DNA from: Chloroflexota bacterium
GTDB taxonomy: Bacteria; Chloroflexota; UBA11872; VXNJ01
Assembly (NCBI GenBank): GCA_965217845.1
Contig: OZ244573.1
Location: 560,456 to 624,455, forward strand
Length of the DNA: 64,000 bases
Direction: 5' to 3'
Shown: piece by piece, positions 27,427-37,220 of the stretch
Layout of the letters: each line of letters opens with the position of its first letter
Position numbering within the stretch: the stretch's first letter is position 1
The notes under the pieces: model-generated
The model's input: only the letters and a program-made list of their open reading frames with translations
Database searches by the model: none
Told to the model about the DNA's origin: nothing
Made by a program: the position numbers and the translations under genes

Positions 27427-28266
27427 CTAGCGCGGACGCTGGCCGCGTCGGCGTCGGCGGCGCCGACGCGGCTGCGGACGGCGTCGGCGGCTACCCGGTT
27501 CGGTCGCGGACGGCGATTCCGGCTCAGCTTCTACGGCCGTGGCCGGATCCGGAAGCGGCGTACTGCCAAGGAACAGGTCCGGCATCCCGATGCGATCCGG
27601 TGGTTCGTGCTGCGGGACGGTTCCGGCCACGTACATCTCGTGCTCGTAGCGCAGGCAGCAGAGCAGCCGTCCGCAGACGCCGGAGATCTTGGCCGGATTG
27701 AGCGGCAGATTTTGGCTCTTCGCCATGCGCACGGTTACGTTGCCCGGCTCGGTCAGCCATGAAGAGCAGCAGAGCGAAAGGCCACAGCGGCCGAGTCCGT
27801 CTACCAGGGCGGCGCGTTCGCGCGCTCCCACCTGGCGCAGTTCGATCCGCGCGTGGAAGCGGCCGGCCAGTTCGGCCGCCAGATCCGAGTATTCGACCGG
27901 GCCGCTGGTGGCGATGTTGAAAGTCAGCGTGGACTTGTCAAAACTCCAACCGGCCTTGAGCGGTGAGATCGGGAGATTGCGCTCCTTGACCAATTCCGCG
28001 AACTCGGCCATTGCCTGGGCGGCGCGCTCGCTCTGTGCCTCGGCCTGAGTACGGTCGTCCTCGCTGGCGCGGCGGATCACCTTTTTGAGCGGTCCGCGAA
28101 GTTCGTTGTCGTCAATCTCGGTTGGCGACAGGATCACCCGGCCCAGTTCGGTGCGGTTGCCGGCCTCGACCAAGGCCAGCTCCTCGACCTGGAAATCGAT
28201 ACCGTCCGGATCGTAGTAGTAGAGCCGGCCGGCGGTCCTAAAGCGCACGCCGATCACCGTCGGCAT
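27427..28266 (-). CDS. PSP1 domain protein (YaaT/RicT-like)
   Basis: VIGVRFRTAGRLYYYDP start and the Cys cluster CGLSLCCSSWL ... CGRLLCCLRYE. Conserved position next to holB. Confidence 0.8.
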   Translation of the reverse strand: MPTVIGVRFRTAGRLYYYDPDGIDFQVEELALVEAGNRTELGRVILSPTEIDDNELRGPLKKVIRRASEDDRTQAEAQSERAAQAMAEFAELVKERNLPISPLKAGWSFDKSTLTFNIATSGPVEYSDLAAELAGRFHARIELRQVGARERAALVDGLGRCGLSLCCSSWLTEPGNVTVRMAKSQNLPLNPAKISGVCGRLLCCLRYEHEMYVAGTVPQHEPPDRIGMPDLFLGSTPLPDPATAVEAEPESPSATEPGSRRRRPQPRRRRRRRRGQRPR

Positions 28267-28377
28267 GACGGCCGCCGTCTATCTGGGAATTGCACGGGGA
28301 ACTGGAGTCGGAGAAGATCTCTCGGGCGCACTGCGCCGCCGGCGCGGCGCCCGGTAGTTGAAGGTCGTGCTTCGAGT

Positions 28378-29358
28378 TTAGATGTTGGCGCCGGCAGGAT
28401 CGACGGAACGCTCGGAGCGGCCGAGCGCCAGAAACACCGCTTCGACCGCGGGCCGCACCATGGCGTTGCCGTGCAGCCGCGCCAGGCCGGCGCGGACGAT
28501 CGCCGCATCAGCGGCCCAGGATCGCAGGCGCTCCGGGCGCCGCCGGGCCGCCAGCGCCAGTTCCAGCCATTCGAGCAGGTCGATTGCGTGCTGTCGCCGC
28601 TCGGCGGCACTGCGCCCGCTGGTGGCCACGTCGGCGGCCGCCTCGAGGCGGCCGGGGTCGTCGCTGCCGGGCTCAATGGCCGCCAGCATCAGATCGATCT
28701 GGCGCGCAAACTCGGTGACGCGACCGGGTTCGGAAAGGATACCGATCGCCCAACCGGGGCGTCCGAAGGCGTGCCTTAAGGCCAGCTCCAGGTCCTCTCC
28801 GGAAGCGCCGGTGCGTTCGACCACGAGGGTGCGCAGGGCGTCGGGCGCAAGCGGGTAAAGGCGCAGGCGCGAGCAACGCGAGGCCACCGTGGCCAGCACC
28901 GCGTCGCTGTCGGGGGCGGCCAGCATGATCAGGGTGTGCGGGGGCGGCTGTTCGAGCGTCTTGAGCAAGGCGTTGGCGGCGTTCTCGGTTAGCAGGTGAG
29001 CACTGGGAAACAGGCCGATCTTTAGCCTGCCGCCTACTGCGGTAAGGGACACGCGCCGCTCGAATTCACGCACCTGCTCGATCTGGACGCGGCCGTGGCC
29101 CTCCAAGACGTCGATGCTGCGGACGTCGAAGTCGGCGTCGTCGGCGATCCGCCGGCAACTGGGGCAGCTCCGGCAAGGTCCGCCGGGGCCAGCCGCAGCA
29201 CAGTTCAGGTGGGCCGCCAGGCCCCGCATCAGCGTCGCCTTGCCCGAATGCGGCGGACCGGTGAACAGCAGCGCATGCGGCAGGCGCTGGTTGGCCATCA
29301 TCACTTCGAGCAGGCGCACCGCCGCCGGCTGACCGCGGACCCCCAGGTCCAGACTCAT
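28378..29358 (-). CDS. holB: DNA polymerase III subunit delta prime
   Basis: LLFTGPPHSGKATL and zinc module CRSCPSCRRI. The ATG at 29358 overlaps the upstream permease stop (ATGA). Confidence 0.8.
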   Translation of the reverse strand: MSLDLGVRGQPAAVRLLEVMMANQRLPHALLFTGPPHSGKATLMRGLAAHLNCAAAGPGGPCRSCPSCRRIADDADFDVRSIDVLEGHGRVQIEQVREFERRVSLTAVGGRLKIGLFPSAHLLTENAANALLKTLEQPPPHTLIMLAAPDSDAVLATVASRCSRLRLYPLAPDALRTLVVERTGASGEDLELALRHAFGRPGWAIGILSEPGRVTEFARQIDLMLAAIEPGSDDPGRLEAAADVATSGRSAAERRQHAIDLLEWLELALAARRRPERLRSWAADAAIVRAGLARLHGNAMVRPAVEAVFLALGRSERSVDPAGANI

Positions 29359-31142
29359 ACCGGCCAGACCCACTGCACCATCAATACCGTGACCCCCATC
29401 ACCAGCAGCGTCAGCGGCAGGCCGACACGGGTGAATTCGAGGTACCGGTAGCCGCCGGCGTTGTAGACAAGCAGGTTCGCCTGGTGTCCGAACGGGGTAA
29501 TGAACGCGGTCGAAGCTGCCACCGCCACCGTGATCATCAGGCCGGTCGCCGAAACACCCAGGTCCGGCGATGAGAGCTCGAGCGCGATCGGCGCCATGAT
29601 CACCACCGCCGAGGCGTTGGCGACCGCCTGGGTGAGGACTGCGGTGGTCACGAAAATTACCGCCACCAGCGCGTAGGGCCCGGCCCCGGCGGCAAAGCTG
29701 GCGATCTGGTCGGCCACTGCCCCGGCCACGCCGGTCGATTGCATGGCCCCACCGATCGGGATCATGGCCCCGATCAGCACCGGTAGTCGCCAGTCGATCG
29801 CCTCGTACAGGCGCTGCGAGGAGATCACCCGCAGCGCCAGTAGCGCCAGGATTCCACCCAGTACCGCGACCGCTATGTGGGTCAGGCCCAGGGCCGCTAC
29901 GGTTACCACTCCGACCAGGACCACCAACGCCCGCAAGGCGCTGGGCTTGATCTTCTCCAGGTGGTCGGTACGCTGCCGCATCAGCAGGAAATGGTCGTCG
30001 CTGGCGAGCGCGCTCAGACCGTCGCGCGGCAACTGCACCAGCAAAACGTCGCCGGTGCGGATTCGGGTCCGCGCCAGGTTGGTGGTCAGGCGCCGGCCGT
30101 GCCGCCAGATTCCCAGCACCACGCCGCCGTAGCGGCTCCCGAACGCATAGTCGGTGAGGGAGTTGGCGTTTGATTCGAACCAGGGCGTGGCAACCAGTTC
30201 GGATACCACGGTGGTCTCGTCGTGGTTCAGCGGACCGCCCGCCGGGCGGCCGTGTTCAATCCCGTCGGTCCGGGCCAACCGTATCACGTCGTCGTACGCG
30301 CCGGAAATGATCAGGGTGTCGCCGATGTAGATGTGGTCGCGCGGCGAGATCGTGCGCAGGCGCCGGCCGCTGCGGCGGATTTCCAGCACCGAGATGTTGT
30401 ACTGGCCGCGCCAGGCAAGTTCCAGCAGCGTAGCACCCGGGTCCGGAAACCGGCCTGTGACCTGCAGCTGAAACAAAAAGTCGCGGGCCTGTTCAACCAG
30501 TGCAGTCTCGCCCTGGGCCGGGCGATCGGGCAGCAGGCGTCGGCCGACAAGCAGGAAATAGATCATGCCGGTTGCCATCACCGCCAGCCCGGTGGGGGCG
30601 AAATCGAACATTCTCAGGCGTCCGGCGCCGGCTTCGGCCAGCAGGTCGGCAGCGATGATGTTGGGCGGCGTCCCGATCAGGGTGGCCAGGCCGCCCAGGA
30701 GCGAGCCGAACGAGAGCGGCATCATCAGCTTTAGGGCCGAGATGCGGGCGGTGCGCGCGAGCCGGTTCACCGCCGGCAGCAGGATCAGGCTGGCGGCGAT
30801 GTTGTTGATGAAGGCCGACATAACCCCCACGGTGGACATGATCAGCAGCGTCAGGACGCTCTGTGAAGAACCGGAGATCCGAAACAGGCCTCGCGCGATC
30901 GCCTGCGGAACGCCGGCATCGGCTATGGCCGAAGAGAGGATGAAGAACGCCACCACCGTCACCACCGCCGGGTGCGCGAAACCGGTAAGGGCCGAAGTGA
31001 CGTCGATGATGCCGGCGCCGGCCAGCACCACCAGGCCCAGCACCGCCACTATGTCGGGGCGAAACTTTTCGGACGCAAACAGTACCACCAGACCCGCCAG
31101 CACTCCGGATGTGATCCAGGCCGGTGCCCCTAGCTCAGCCAT
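29355..31142 (-). CDS. SLC13/DASS-type anion permease with two central TrkA-C (RCK_C) domains
   Basis: 595 aa. Two multi-helix hydrophobic halves flank two soluble repeats resembling TrkA-C (for example LLELAWRGQYNISVLEIRRSGR...IGDTLIISG). Confidence 0.75.
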   Translation of the reverse strand: MAELGAPAWITSGVLAGLVVLFASEKFRPDIVAVLGLVVLAGAGIIDVTSALTGFAHPAVVTVVAFFILSSAIADAGVPQAIARGLFRISGSSQSVLTLLIMSTVGVMSAFINNIAASLILLPAVNRLARTARISALKLMMPLSFGSLLGGLATLIGTPPNIIAADLLAEAGAGRLRMFDFAPTGLAVMATGMIYFLLVGRRLLPDRPAQGETALVEQARDFLFQLQVTGRFPDPGATLLELAWRGQYNISVLEIRRSGRRLRTISPRDHIYIGDTLIISGAYDDVIRLARTDGIEHGRPAGGPLNHDETTVVSELVATPWFESNANSLTDYAFGSRYGGVVLGIWRHGRRLTTNLARTRIRTGDVLLVQLPRDGLSALASDDHFLLMRQRTDHLEKIKPSALRALVVLVGVVTVAALGLTHIAVAVLGGILALLALRVISSQRLYEAIDWRLPVLIGAMIPIGGAMQSTGVAGAVADQIASFAAGAGPYALVAVIFVTTAVLTQAVANASAVVIMAPIALELSSPDLGVSATGLMITVAVAASTAFITPFGHQANLLVYNAGGYRYLEFTRVGLPLTLLVMGVTVLMVQWVWPV

Positions 31143-31166
31143 CAGCGCTCGCCTGCCTGCTGGCGG

Positions 31167-31829
31167 CTAGCCATCCGGGTCGATTTCGGCCCCAGCCCAG
31201 GCGGTTATGAACTCGCGCACCTGCTCGGCGTCGACCTGATTGAGTCGCAGCAGGATCCCCCAGGCGCTGAGGTTGATGTGGGCGGTGGCGGCGGCCCGGT
31301 AGGGGGCCAGGATGACGGGCAGGTCGGGATATTCGTCGACGATCTCTTCGAGCTGCCCGATCATCTGCGCGCAGATGGTTGCTTCGGGAGAACAGCTGTA
31401 TTGGACCAGGACTGCGCCCTCGGCCAACGCCGCAACCTGTTGCAGGTTGGAGAGCTCGGATGCATAGACACCCGGTTCCGGCGCGGTTCCGGCGCGCGCC
31501 CCGGATGTAGGCGGAATCGTCAGATAGGGGTCGTGCATGCTGCCGGGCGCAACGACCAGCGCCGGCACCGTGTCGTAGGTAGCCCCGGGCGGGGCCTCCA
31601 GCAAAGCGTTCAACGCCATGAACTCAAATGGCAGCATCACAACCATCAGAACCGCTAGGAAAAGGAACCGCTTCTGCCGGAACGGATTGAATGCCTGCTT
31701 GGGCGCGGCCGGCCCAGGCCGGCGCGGCGTCTCCGAGGGAGCGGCTTCCGAGGCGTTGCGACGGCGACGGCGACGCGAGCTCATAGCGGGGAGTGAAACC
31801 TTTGAGGGGTGGGGGCGGCAGTCAGCCAC
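31167..31829 (-). CDS. DUF3105-like membrane-anchored protein
   Basis: Arg-rich N-terminus, one TM, then IPPTSG and AEGAVLVQY segments resembling DUF3105 as I remember it. Alternative start at 31784. Confidence 0.45.
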   Translation of the reverse strand: MADCRPHPSKVSLPAMSSRRRRRRNASEAAPSETPRRPGPAAPKQAFNPFRQKRFLFLAVLMVVMLPFEFMALNALLEAPPGATYDTVPALVVAPGSMHDPYLTIPPTSGARAGTAPEPGVYASELSNLQQVAALAEGAVLVQYSCSPEATICAQMIGQLEEIVDEYPDLPVILAPYRAAATAHINLSAWGILLRLNQVDAEQVREFITAWAGAEIDPDG

Positions 31830-31892
31830 CGCCGCAATTCTGGCAACCGTCGGCCGCCAAATGCAGCCAACGGCGGAGAACCAACATCTTTC

Positions 31893-31898
31893 TATAAT
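31893..31898 (+). promoter_or_regulatory. candidate -10 box (TATAAT) for rpsO
   Basis: A perfect TATAAT hexamer about 107 nt upstream of rpsO in an otherwise GC-rich context. No good -35 element was seen. Confidence 0.25.
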
Positions 31899-32004
31899 TT
31901 CGGCGAACGGTCCCAGTACCGTCCCCGCCTGACTCAGAAAATCAAGTCGACTCTAGGCGGAGCCCAGAACCGGCACAGCAACAGTACGCGTTAGAGGAAC
32001 ACGC

Positions 32005-32271
32005 TTGCCTTACACCGGCAGCAAGCAGGATGCCATCCAAACCCTGCAAAATCATGAGTTCGACACCGGTTCGACTGAAGTCCAGATCGGTGTCATAACT
32101 ACCCGCATCGTGCATCTGACCGAGCACTTGCGGGCGCACAAGCATGATCACCATTCGCGGCGCGGCCTGTTAAAGCTGGTCGGCAAACGCGGATCGCTGC
32201 TCAGATACCTGCGAGACAAGAACCCCGACCGCTATAGCAAAGTCGTGGCCACGCTGGAGTTGCGCCGATAA
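32005..32271 (+). CDS. rpsO: 30S ribosomal protein S15
   Basis: 88 aa with [10 protein letters not shown] and [25 protein letters not shown] start. Confidence 0.95.
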   Translation: MPYTGSKQDAIQTLQNHEFDTGSTEVQIGVITTRIVHLTEHLRAHKHDHHSRRGLLKLVGKRGSLLRYLRDKNPDRYSKVVATLELRR

Positions 32272-32274
32272 GAA

Positions 32275-32289
32275 CGTCCCGCCGGGACG
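32275..32289 (+). terminator. short hairpin just after rpsO (terminator or processing site in the rpsO-pnp spacer)
   Basis: CGTCCC-gcc-GGGACG followed by GATATTTCT. Further hairpins (CCGAAG-ccc-CTTCGG, GCCGCC-gctcgt-GGCGGC) lie in the 370-nt spacer. Confidence 0.35.
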
Positions 32290-32642
32290 GATATTTCTCC
32301 TAAACGAAATTGGAAACGTCAAACCCGAAGCCCCTTCGGCGCGCCCCATTGCCGACCGGTCCGAAAACACCGTGCCGGCACCTGCCTAGCGCCCGCCCCA
32401 ATCCTCTTTGCGAACCCATCCATATTTGCCGCCGCTCGTGGCGGCCCTAAACGAAAGCCTGAGGCAGCCCCGCCAAGTAAACCGCAAAAACATGTTCCGC
32501 ACTGCTCCGGATCCCGAAGCGACCGAATCGGCCCAACCCATTTTGAAAGCAGGCAATCGTGCGGACTTGCCGGCCGGCCCCGAGGGGACGGTCTGGATCC
32601 GAACAAGAACTGAAGCAAACTACAAATTCTGAGAAGAGTGCT

Positions 32643-35252
32643 TTGAAACATCAAGTTGAAATAAATATCGGCGGCAAGGAACTCCGCCTCGAAACCGGCC
32701 AGCTGGCGCTGCAGGCCGACGGTGCAATCCTGCTCAGCTATGGCGATCTGCGCCTGCTTAGCACGGCCTGCATGAAAAACAGCCCGCGCGAGGGCCTCGA
32801 CTTTTTCCCGCTGACCTGCGATTTCGAGGAGAGATCCTATTCGGTCGGCCACATACCCGGTTCAGTGCTGCGCCGCGAGGGCCGTCCGCCCGATAGCGCC
32901 ACCCTGACCGCGCGCCTCACCGACCGACCGCTGCGTCCGCTCTTTCCCAAGGGCATGCGCAACGACGTCCAGGTGATCAACACGCTGCTGGCCTCGGACA
33001 AGGACAATGAGGCCGACGTGCTCGGGCTGGTTGCCGCCAGCACCGCCCTGCACATCTCGCGCATTCCCTTCGGTGGCCCGGTGGGAACGGTCCGGGTCGG
33101 CTACGACGGCGAGAACTTCGTCGTCAACCCGACGCGTTCCTTCATCGCCGAGAACCCCGCCCTCGACCTCGTGGTGGCTTCGACCGCCAAAGGCGTGGTC
33201 ATGATCGAGGCCGCTGCTGCGCAGCTGCCGGAAGACCAGGTCGAGGCCGCGATCGAGTTCGGCCACGAGCACAACCAGGAGTTGATCGCGCTCCAGGAGG
33301 AGCTGCGAGGGCTTTGCGGAACCGAGAAGGCCGAACCGATCATCGCCGGCGTCTATCCTGACGCCGAAGAAGCGGTGACGGCAGCGGTCGGATCCGAGCT
33401 GGCGGCGGCGGTGCGAATCACCGAAGAGCCCGACCGGGGCGAGGCGATTGCGGCCGCCCGCGAGTCCGCGCTTGAGGATTCGGACCTTGAATCCGAGGCG
33501 GTTGCGGTTGGATTCGAAGCCGCATTGAAGACGGCCACGCGAGCGGCCATCCTCGACGACCAACTGCGCCCCGATGGACGATCGCCGGACCAACTGCGTG
33601 AACTCTCGGCCGAGGTTGGAGTCCTGCCGCGGGTGCATGGGACCGGATTGTTCCAGCGCGGCCTGACCCAGTGCCTGAATATCGTGACCCTGGGCAACGC
33701 CCGTTCGGTGCAACGCATCGGCCTGGACAACCTCGACTGGGAGGAGTCCAAGCGCTACATGCACCACTACTACATGCCGCCGTTTGCTTCCGGCGAGGCC
33801 TACCCGCTGCGCGGCCCCAGGCGGCGCGAGATCGGGCACGGCTACCTGGCCGAGCGCGCGATCACGCCGGTGCTTCCCAACGAGACCGAATTCCCCTACG
33901 TGATCCGAACCGTTTCGGAGATCCTGTCCTCGAACGGTTCGACCTCGATGGCCGCCACCACGGCGTCTTCGCTGGCGCTTATGGACGCCGGCGTGCCGCT
34001 GAAGGCACCGGTCACTGGGATTTCAGTCGGACTCATATCCGATGGCGACGGTCGCTACGAAATCCTTACCGACATCCAGGGAGCCGAAGATCACTTCGGC
34101 GACATGGACTTTAAAGTTGCCGGTTCGGCGGACGGAGTTACCGCGATCCAGCTGGACATCAAGCTCGACCACATCCCACTCTCGATCATTGGTCCGGTCC
34201 TAGCGCAGGCGCGCGAGGCACGGATGCAGATCCTGGAAGTGATGCAGGGCGCTATCAACCAGCCCCGCGATAACGTGAACACTTGGGCGCCCAAGATCGA
34301 GATCCACAAGATCGACCCGTCCAAGATCGGCGAGGTCATCGGACCCGGCGGCAAGGTGATCCGCAAACTCGAGGAAATCACTGGCGCCTCGATCGATATC
34401 GCCGAGGACGGCACCCTCACGGTTGCCGCCCCGGATCGTGAGCAGGCCGCCAAGACGATTGCAATGATCCGCGACATCATCGGCGACATCGAGCTCGGGC
34501 GGGTTGTCTCGGGACCGGTGGAGCGAATCCTGCCGTTCGGCGCATTCATCGAATTCGCGCCCGGCAAACAGGGCATGATCCACATATCCGAACTGGCCGA
34601 CTACCGTGTCGGCGAAGTCGAGGATGAGGTTTCGGTTGGCGAAGTGATCGAGGCCAAAGTGATCGAGATCGACGATCTCGGCCGTATCAACCTGTCGCGC
34701 AAAGCAGTGCTGATGGGCGACGACTACGAAGGCTACCGGCCGCGCCGCAGTGGCGGTGGCGACCGTGGTGGCCGACGCAACGGCGGACGTGACCGTGGCG
34801 GCTTCCGTGGCGGTGGCGACCGCGACCGTGGTGGCGACCGTGGCGGCTTCCGTGGCGGTGGCGGACGTGACCGTGGCGGCTTCCGTGGCGGTGGCGACCG
34901 CGACCGTGGCGGCTTCCGTGGCGGTGGCGACCGCGACCGTGGCGGCGACCGTGGCGGCTTCCGTGGCGGTGGCGACCGCGACCGTGGTGGCGACCGCGAC
35001 CGTGGTGGCGACCGTGGCGGCTTCCGGCGCGGCGGCCCGCGACGCGACCGCGATTCTGACCGTGGCGGCTTCCGCGAGGAACGTGGCGATGGTGGTTTTC
35101 GAGGCCGCGGGCGGGGACGCCCCCGCGACTTTGACGGCAATCGTCCACCACGACGCGACAACGCGGACGATGACCGCGGGCGCAACCGCGGTCGTGAACG
35201 CGACGGCGGTCAAGGCGGTGGGCGCGAGCCCGATTGGGAATTCATGGATTGA
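32643..35252 (+). CDS. pnp: polyribonucleotide nucleotidyltransferase (PNPase) with long C-terminal RGG/DRGG repeat tail
   Basis: Two RNase PH domains (for example EILSSNGSTSMA), KH (IGEVIGPGGKVIRKL) and S1 (GPVERILPFGAFIEF). Probable TTG start at 32643 after GAGAAGAG; the ORF-track start at 32559 adds an Arg-rich leader. Confidence 0.9.
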   Translation: MKHQVEINIGGKELRLETGQLALQADGAILLSYGDLRLLSTACMKNSPREGLDFFPLTCDFEERSYSVGHIPGSVLRREGRPPDSATLTARLTDRPLRPLFPKGMRNDVQVINTLLASDKDNEADVLGLVAASTALHISRIPFGGPVGTVRVGYDGENFVVNPTRSFIAENPALDLVVASTAKGVVMIEAAAAQLPEDQVEAAIEFGHEHNQELIALQEELRGLCGTEKAEPIIAGVYPDAEEAVTAAVGSELAAAVRITEEPDRGEAIAAARESALEDSDLESEAVAVGFEAALKTATRAAILDDQLRPDGRSPDQLRELSAEVGVLPRVHGTGLFQRGLTQCLNIVTLGNARSVQRIGLDNLDWEESKRYMHHYYMPPFASGEAYPLRGPRRREIGHGYLAERAITPVLPNETEFPYVIRTVSEILSSNGSTSMAATTASSLALMDAGVPLKAPVTGISVGLISDGDGRYEILTDIQGAEDHFGDMDFKVAGSADGVTAIQLDIKLDHIPLSIIGPVLAQAREARMQILEVMQGAINQPRDNVNTWAPKIEIHKIDPSKIGEVIGPGGKVIRKLEEITGASIDIAEDGTLTVAAPDREQAAKTIAMIRDIIGDIELGRVVSGPVERILPFGAFIEFAPGKQGMIHISELADYRVGEVEDEVSVGEVIEAKVIEIDDLGRINLSRKAVLMGDDYEGYRPRRSGGGDRGGRRNGGRDRGGFRGGGDRDRGGDRGGFRGGGGRDRGGFRGGGDRDRGGFRGGGDRDRGGDRGGFRGGGDRDRGGDRDRGGDRGGFRRGGPRRDRDSDRGGFREERGDGGFRGRGRGRPRDFDGNRPPRRDNADDDRGRNRGRERDGGQGGGREPDWEFMD
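34744..35040 (+). repeat. in-frame tandem GC-rich repeats encoding DRGGFRGGG units
   Basis: Repeated CGTGGCGGCTTCCGTGGCGGTGGCGACCGCGAC-like units. DRGGFRGGG occurs five times, plus DRGGFRRGG once. Confidence 0.85.
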
Positions 35253-36031
35253 CAAAGGTCGTTGTATCCGGCGCCGCCGGTAAGGTCGGCCGTGAGGTGG
35301 TCGCCGCAGTGGCGGCCGCCGGCGACCTGGAGTTGGCGGGGCTGTGCGACCTGGCGCCGATCCCGGACGATCTGGCACCCCAGATTGGCGGGCGCCGCCG
35401 CGGTAGCCACCTAAAGAGCGTGCTGGGGGCATCCGGCGCTGCGGTGGTGGTCGATTTCACCAATGCCGCCGCCGGCCCTGGCCACCTGCTTGAAGCTGCC
35501 GCCGCCGGAGTCAGCCCGGTGGTTGGCACGACCGGGTTTTCCGGTAAAGACATCAATGCTCTTGGCGCGGCTATTGAAGCGGCCGGGATCGGGGGATTTC
35601 TGGCCCCGAACTTTGCCATCGGCGCGGTCCTGCAGATGCAGATGTGCGCGCTGGCGGCACGCTACTTCGATACCGTGGAAGTGATCGAACTTCACCATGA
35701 CCAGAAGATCGACGCCCCCTCGGGGACCGCGCTGGCGACGGCGCGCCTGATTGCTGAAGCCGCCGGCGGAAGCACACGCCACGTGGGAACTGAGAAATTT
35801 GCGCTCGACGGTGTCCGCGGCGGCAATGCGGCCGGAGTCAAAGTTCACTCGGTGCGATTACCGGGACTGGTGGCCCATCAAGAAGTGATATTTGGCGGTA
35901 CCGGCCAGACCCTGACTCTGCGCCATGATTCGATCAGCCGTGAATCGTTCATGCCCGGAGTGCTGTTGGCAGTGCGCCGGGTGCGCTCCCTTAAGGGGCT
36001 GGTGACCGGCCTGGAGAACCTGCTGGACTAG
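35234..36031 (+). CDS. dapB: 4-hydroxy-tetrahydrodipicolinate reductase
   Basis: VVSGAAGKVGREV and ELHHDQKIDAPSGTA signature. The start is either TTG 35234 or TTG 35249, which overlaps the pnp stop. Confidence 0.9.
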   Translation: MGIHGLTKVVVSGAAGKVGREVVAAVAAAGDLELAGLCDLAPIPDDLAPQIGGRRRGSHLKSVLGASGAAVVVDFTNAAAGPGHLLEAAAAGVSPVVGTTGFSGKDINALGAAIEAAGIGGFLAPNFAIGAVLQMQMCALAARYFDTVEVIELHHDQKIDAPSGTALATARLIAEAAGGSTRHVGTEKFALDGVRGGNAAGVKVHSVRLPGLVAHQEVIFGGTGQTLTLRHDSISRESFMPGVLLAVRRVRSLKGLVTGLENLLD

Positions 36032-36113
36032 ACGGGACTGCGATGACCGAATCCGAATTCCAGAGCCCGCCGCAGATCCGGCGGGACCACTTCCAATCAA
36101 GGCCGGGAAGGCG

Positions 36114-37172
36114 ATGAGAACACCAAACGTGGCCGTAGTCGGCGCCACCGGCGCGGTTGGAACCGTATTGCTCGGTATCTTGGCGGAGCGCCGGTTCCCG
36201 ATCGCCAAGCTGCGCCTACTGGCCAGCGAGCGCTCGGTTGGCCGAGTGATTTCGTTTGCCGGCGAGGACTACGCGGTCGAAGAGCTGCGCGAAGACTCTT
36301 TCGAAGATGTCGATCTGGTCTTTTCGGCGGCGGGCGGCGATGTGGCGCGCTGGTTTGCGCCGCACGCGGTGGCCGCCGGGGCGACCGTGATCGATAAGAG
36401 TTCGGCCTGGCGCTACGAACCCGAGGTGCCGCTCGTGGTCCCGGAGGTAAACGGCGACGAACTGGCCCGGCACCGCGGCATCATCGCCTGCCCCAATTGC
36501 TCCACGATCCAGATGGTGATGGCGCTGGCTCCGATCGATGCCGCCTTTCCCATCCGGCGGGTGGTGGCCTCGACCTACCAAGCGGTCTCTGGCGCCGGTG
36601 CCGCCGCGGTTGCCGAGCTCTCCCGGCAGCTGGCCGACGTCAGCGGCGGACGCACACCGCGGGCAGACGTGTTGCCGCGCCAGATAGCGCTGAACGCGGT
36701 CCCGGAGGTGGAAACTTTCCGCGCCGAGGACGGCTACACCAGTGAGGAATGGAAGATTGCGGCCGAAACCCGCAAGATCATGCGGCGGCCGGAGTTGAAG
36801 ATTTCGGCCACTTGCGTTCGGGTGCCGGTAACGCGTGGCCATTCCGAATCGATAAACCTCGAATTCACTGACCCGGTGGACGTCGATGCGGTCCGCGAGC
36901 TGCTCGCCAACGCTCCCGGGGTCCAGGTTGTCGATGCCCCGCTGGACGTGCCGCCGCGTTACCCGACCGCGCTCGACGCCGACGGCAACGACTACGTCTG
37001 GGTGGGGCGTATACGCCGCGATGTTTCGACCGATCAAGGGCTGTGCCTGTGGGTGGTCTCAGACAATCTGCGCAAGGGTGCGGCCACCAATTCGGTCCAG
37101 ATTGCCGAGCAGCTTCTGGCGCGCAATTTGCTGGTCCCCGCGGCCCCTGCCGAAGAGTTCGCCGGGACATAG
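36114..37172 (+). CDS. asd: aspartate-semialdehyde dehydrogenase
   Basis: VGATGAVG and the active-site region IIACPNCSTIQMV. 352 aa. Confidence 0.9.
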   Translation: MRTPNVAVVGATGAVGTVLLGILAERRFPIAKLRLLASERSVGRVISFAGEDYAVEELREDSFEDVDLVFSAAGGDVARWFAPHAVAAGATVIDKSSAWRYEPEVPLVVPEVNGDELARHRGIIACPNCSTIQMVMALAPIDAAFPIRRVVASTYQAVSGAGAAAVAELSRQLADVSGGRTPRADVLPRQIALNAVPEVETFRAEDGYTSEEWKIAAETRKIMRRPELKISATCVRVPVTRGHSESINLEFTDPVDVDAVRELLANAPGVQVVDAPLDVPPRYPTALDADGNDYVWVGRIRRDVSTDQGLCLWVVSDNLRKGAATNSVQIAEQLLARNLLVPAAPAEEFAGT

Positions 37173-37220
37173 AATCGGCGCAATTCGGGAAGAAGTAACG
37201 TGCATGTTGAGGGGTTGGTA

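Noticed and set aside
34200-35432. 410-aa minus-strand ORF plus several 150-177-aa ORFs over the pnp 3' end
   Set aside because: They are produced by the GC-rich tandem repeat, which stays open in several frames on both strands. The translations are monotonous (ATVA, RHG or PPRK repeats). The sense frame is contiguous with the PNPase S1 domain.
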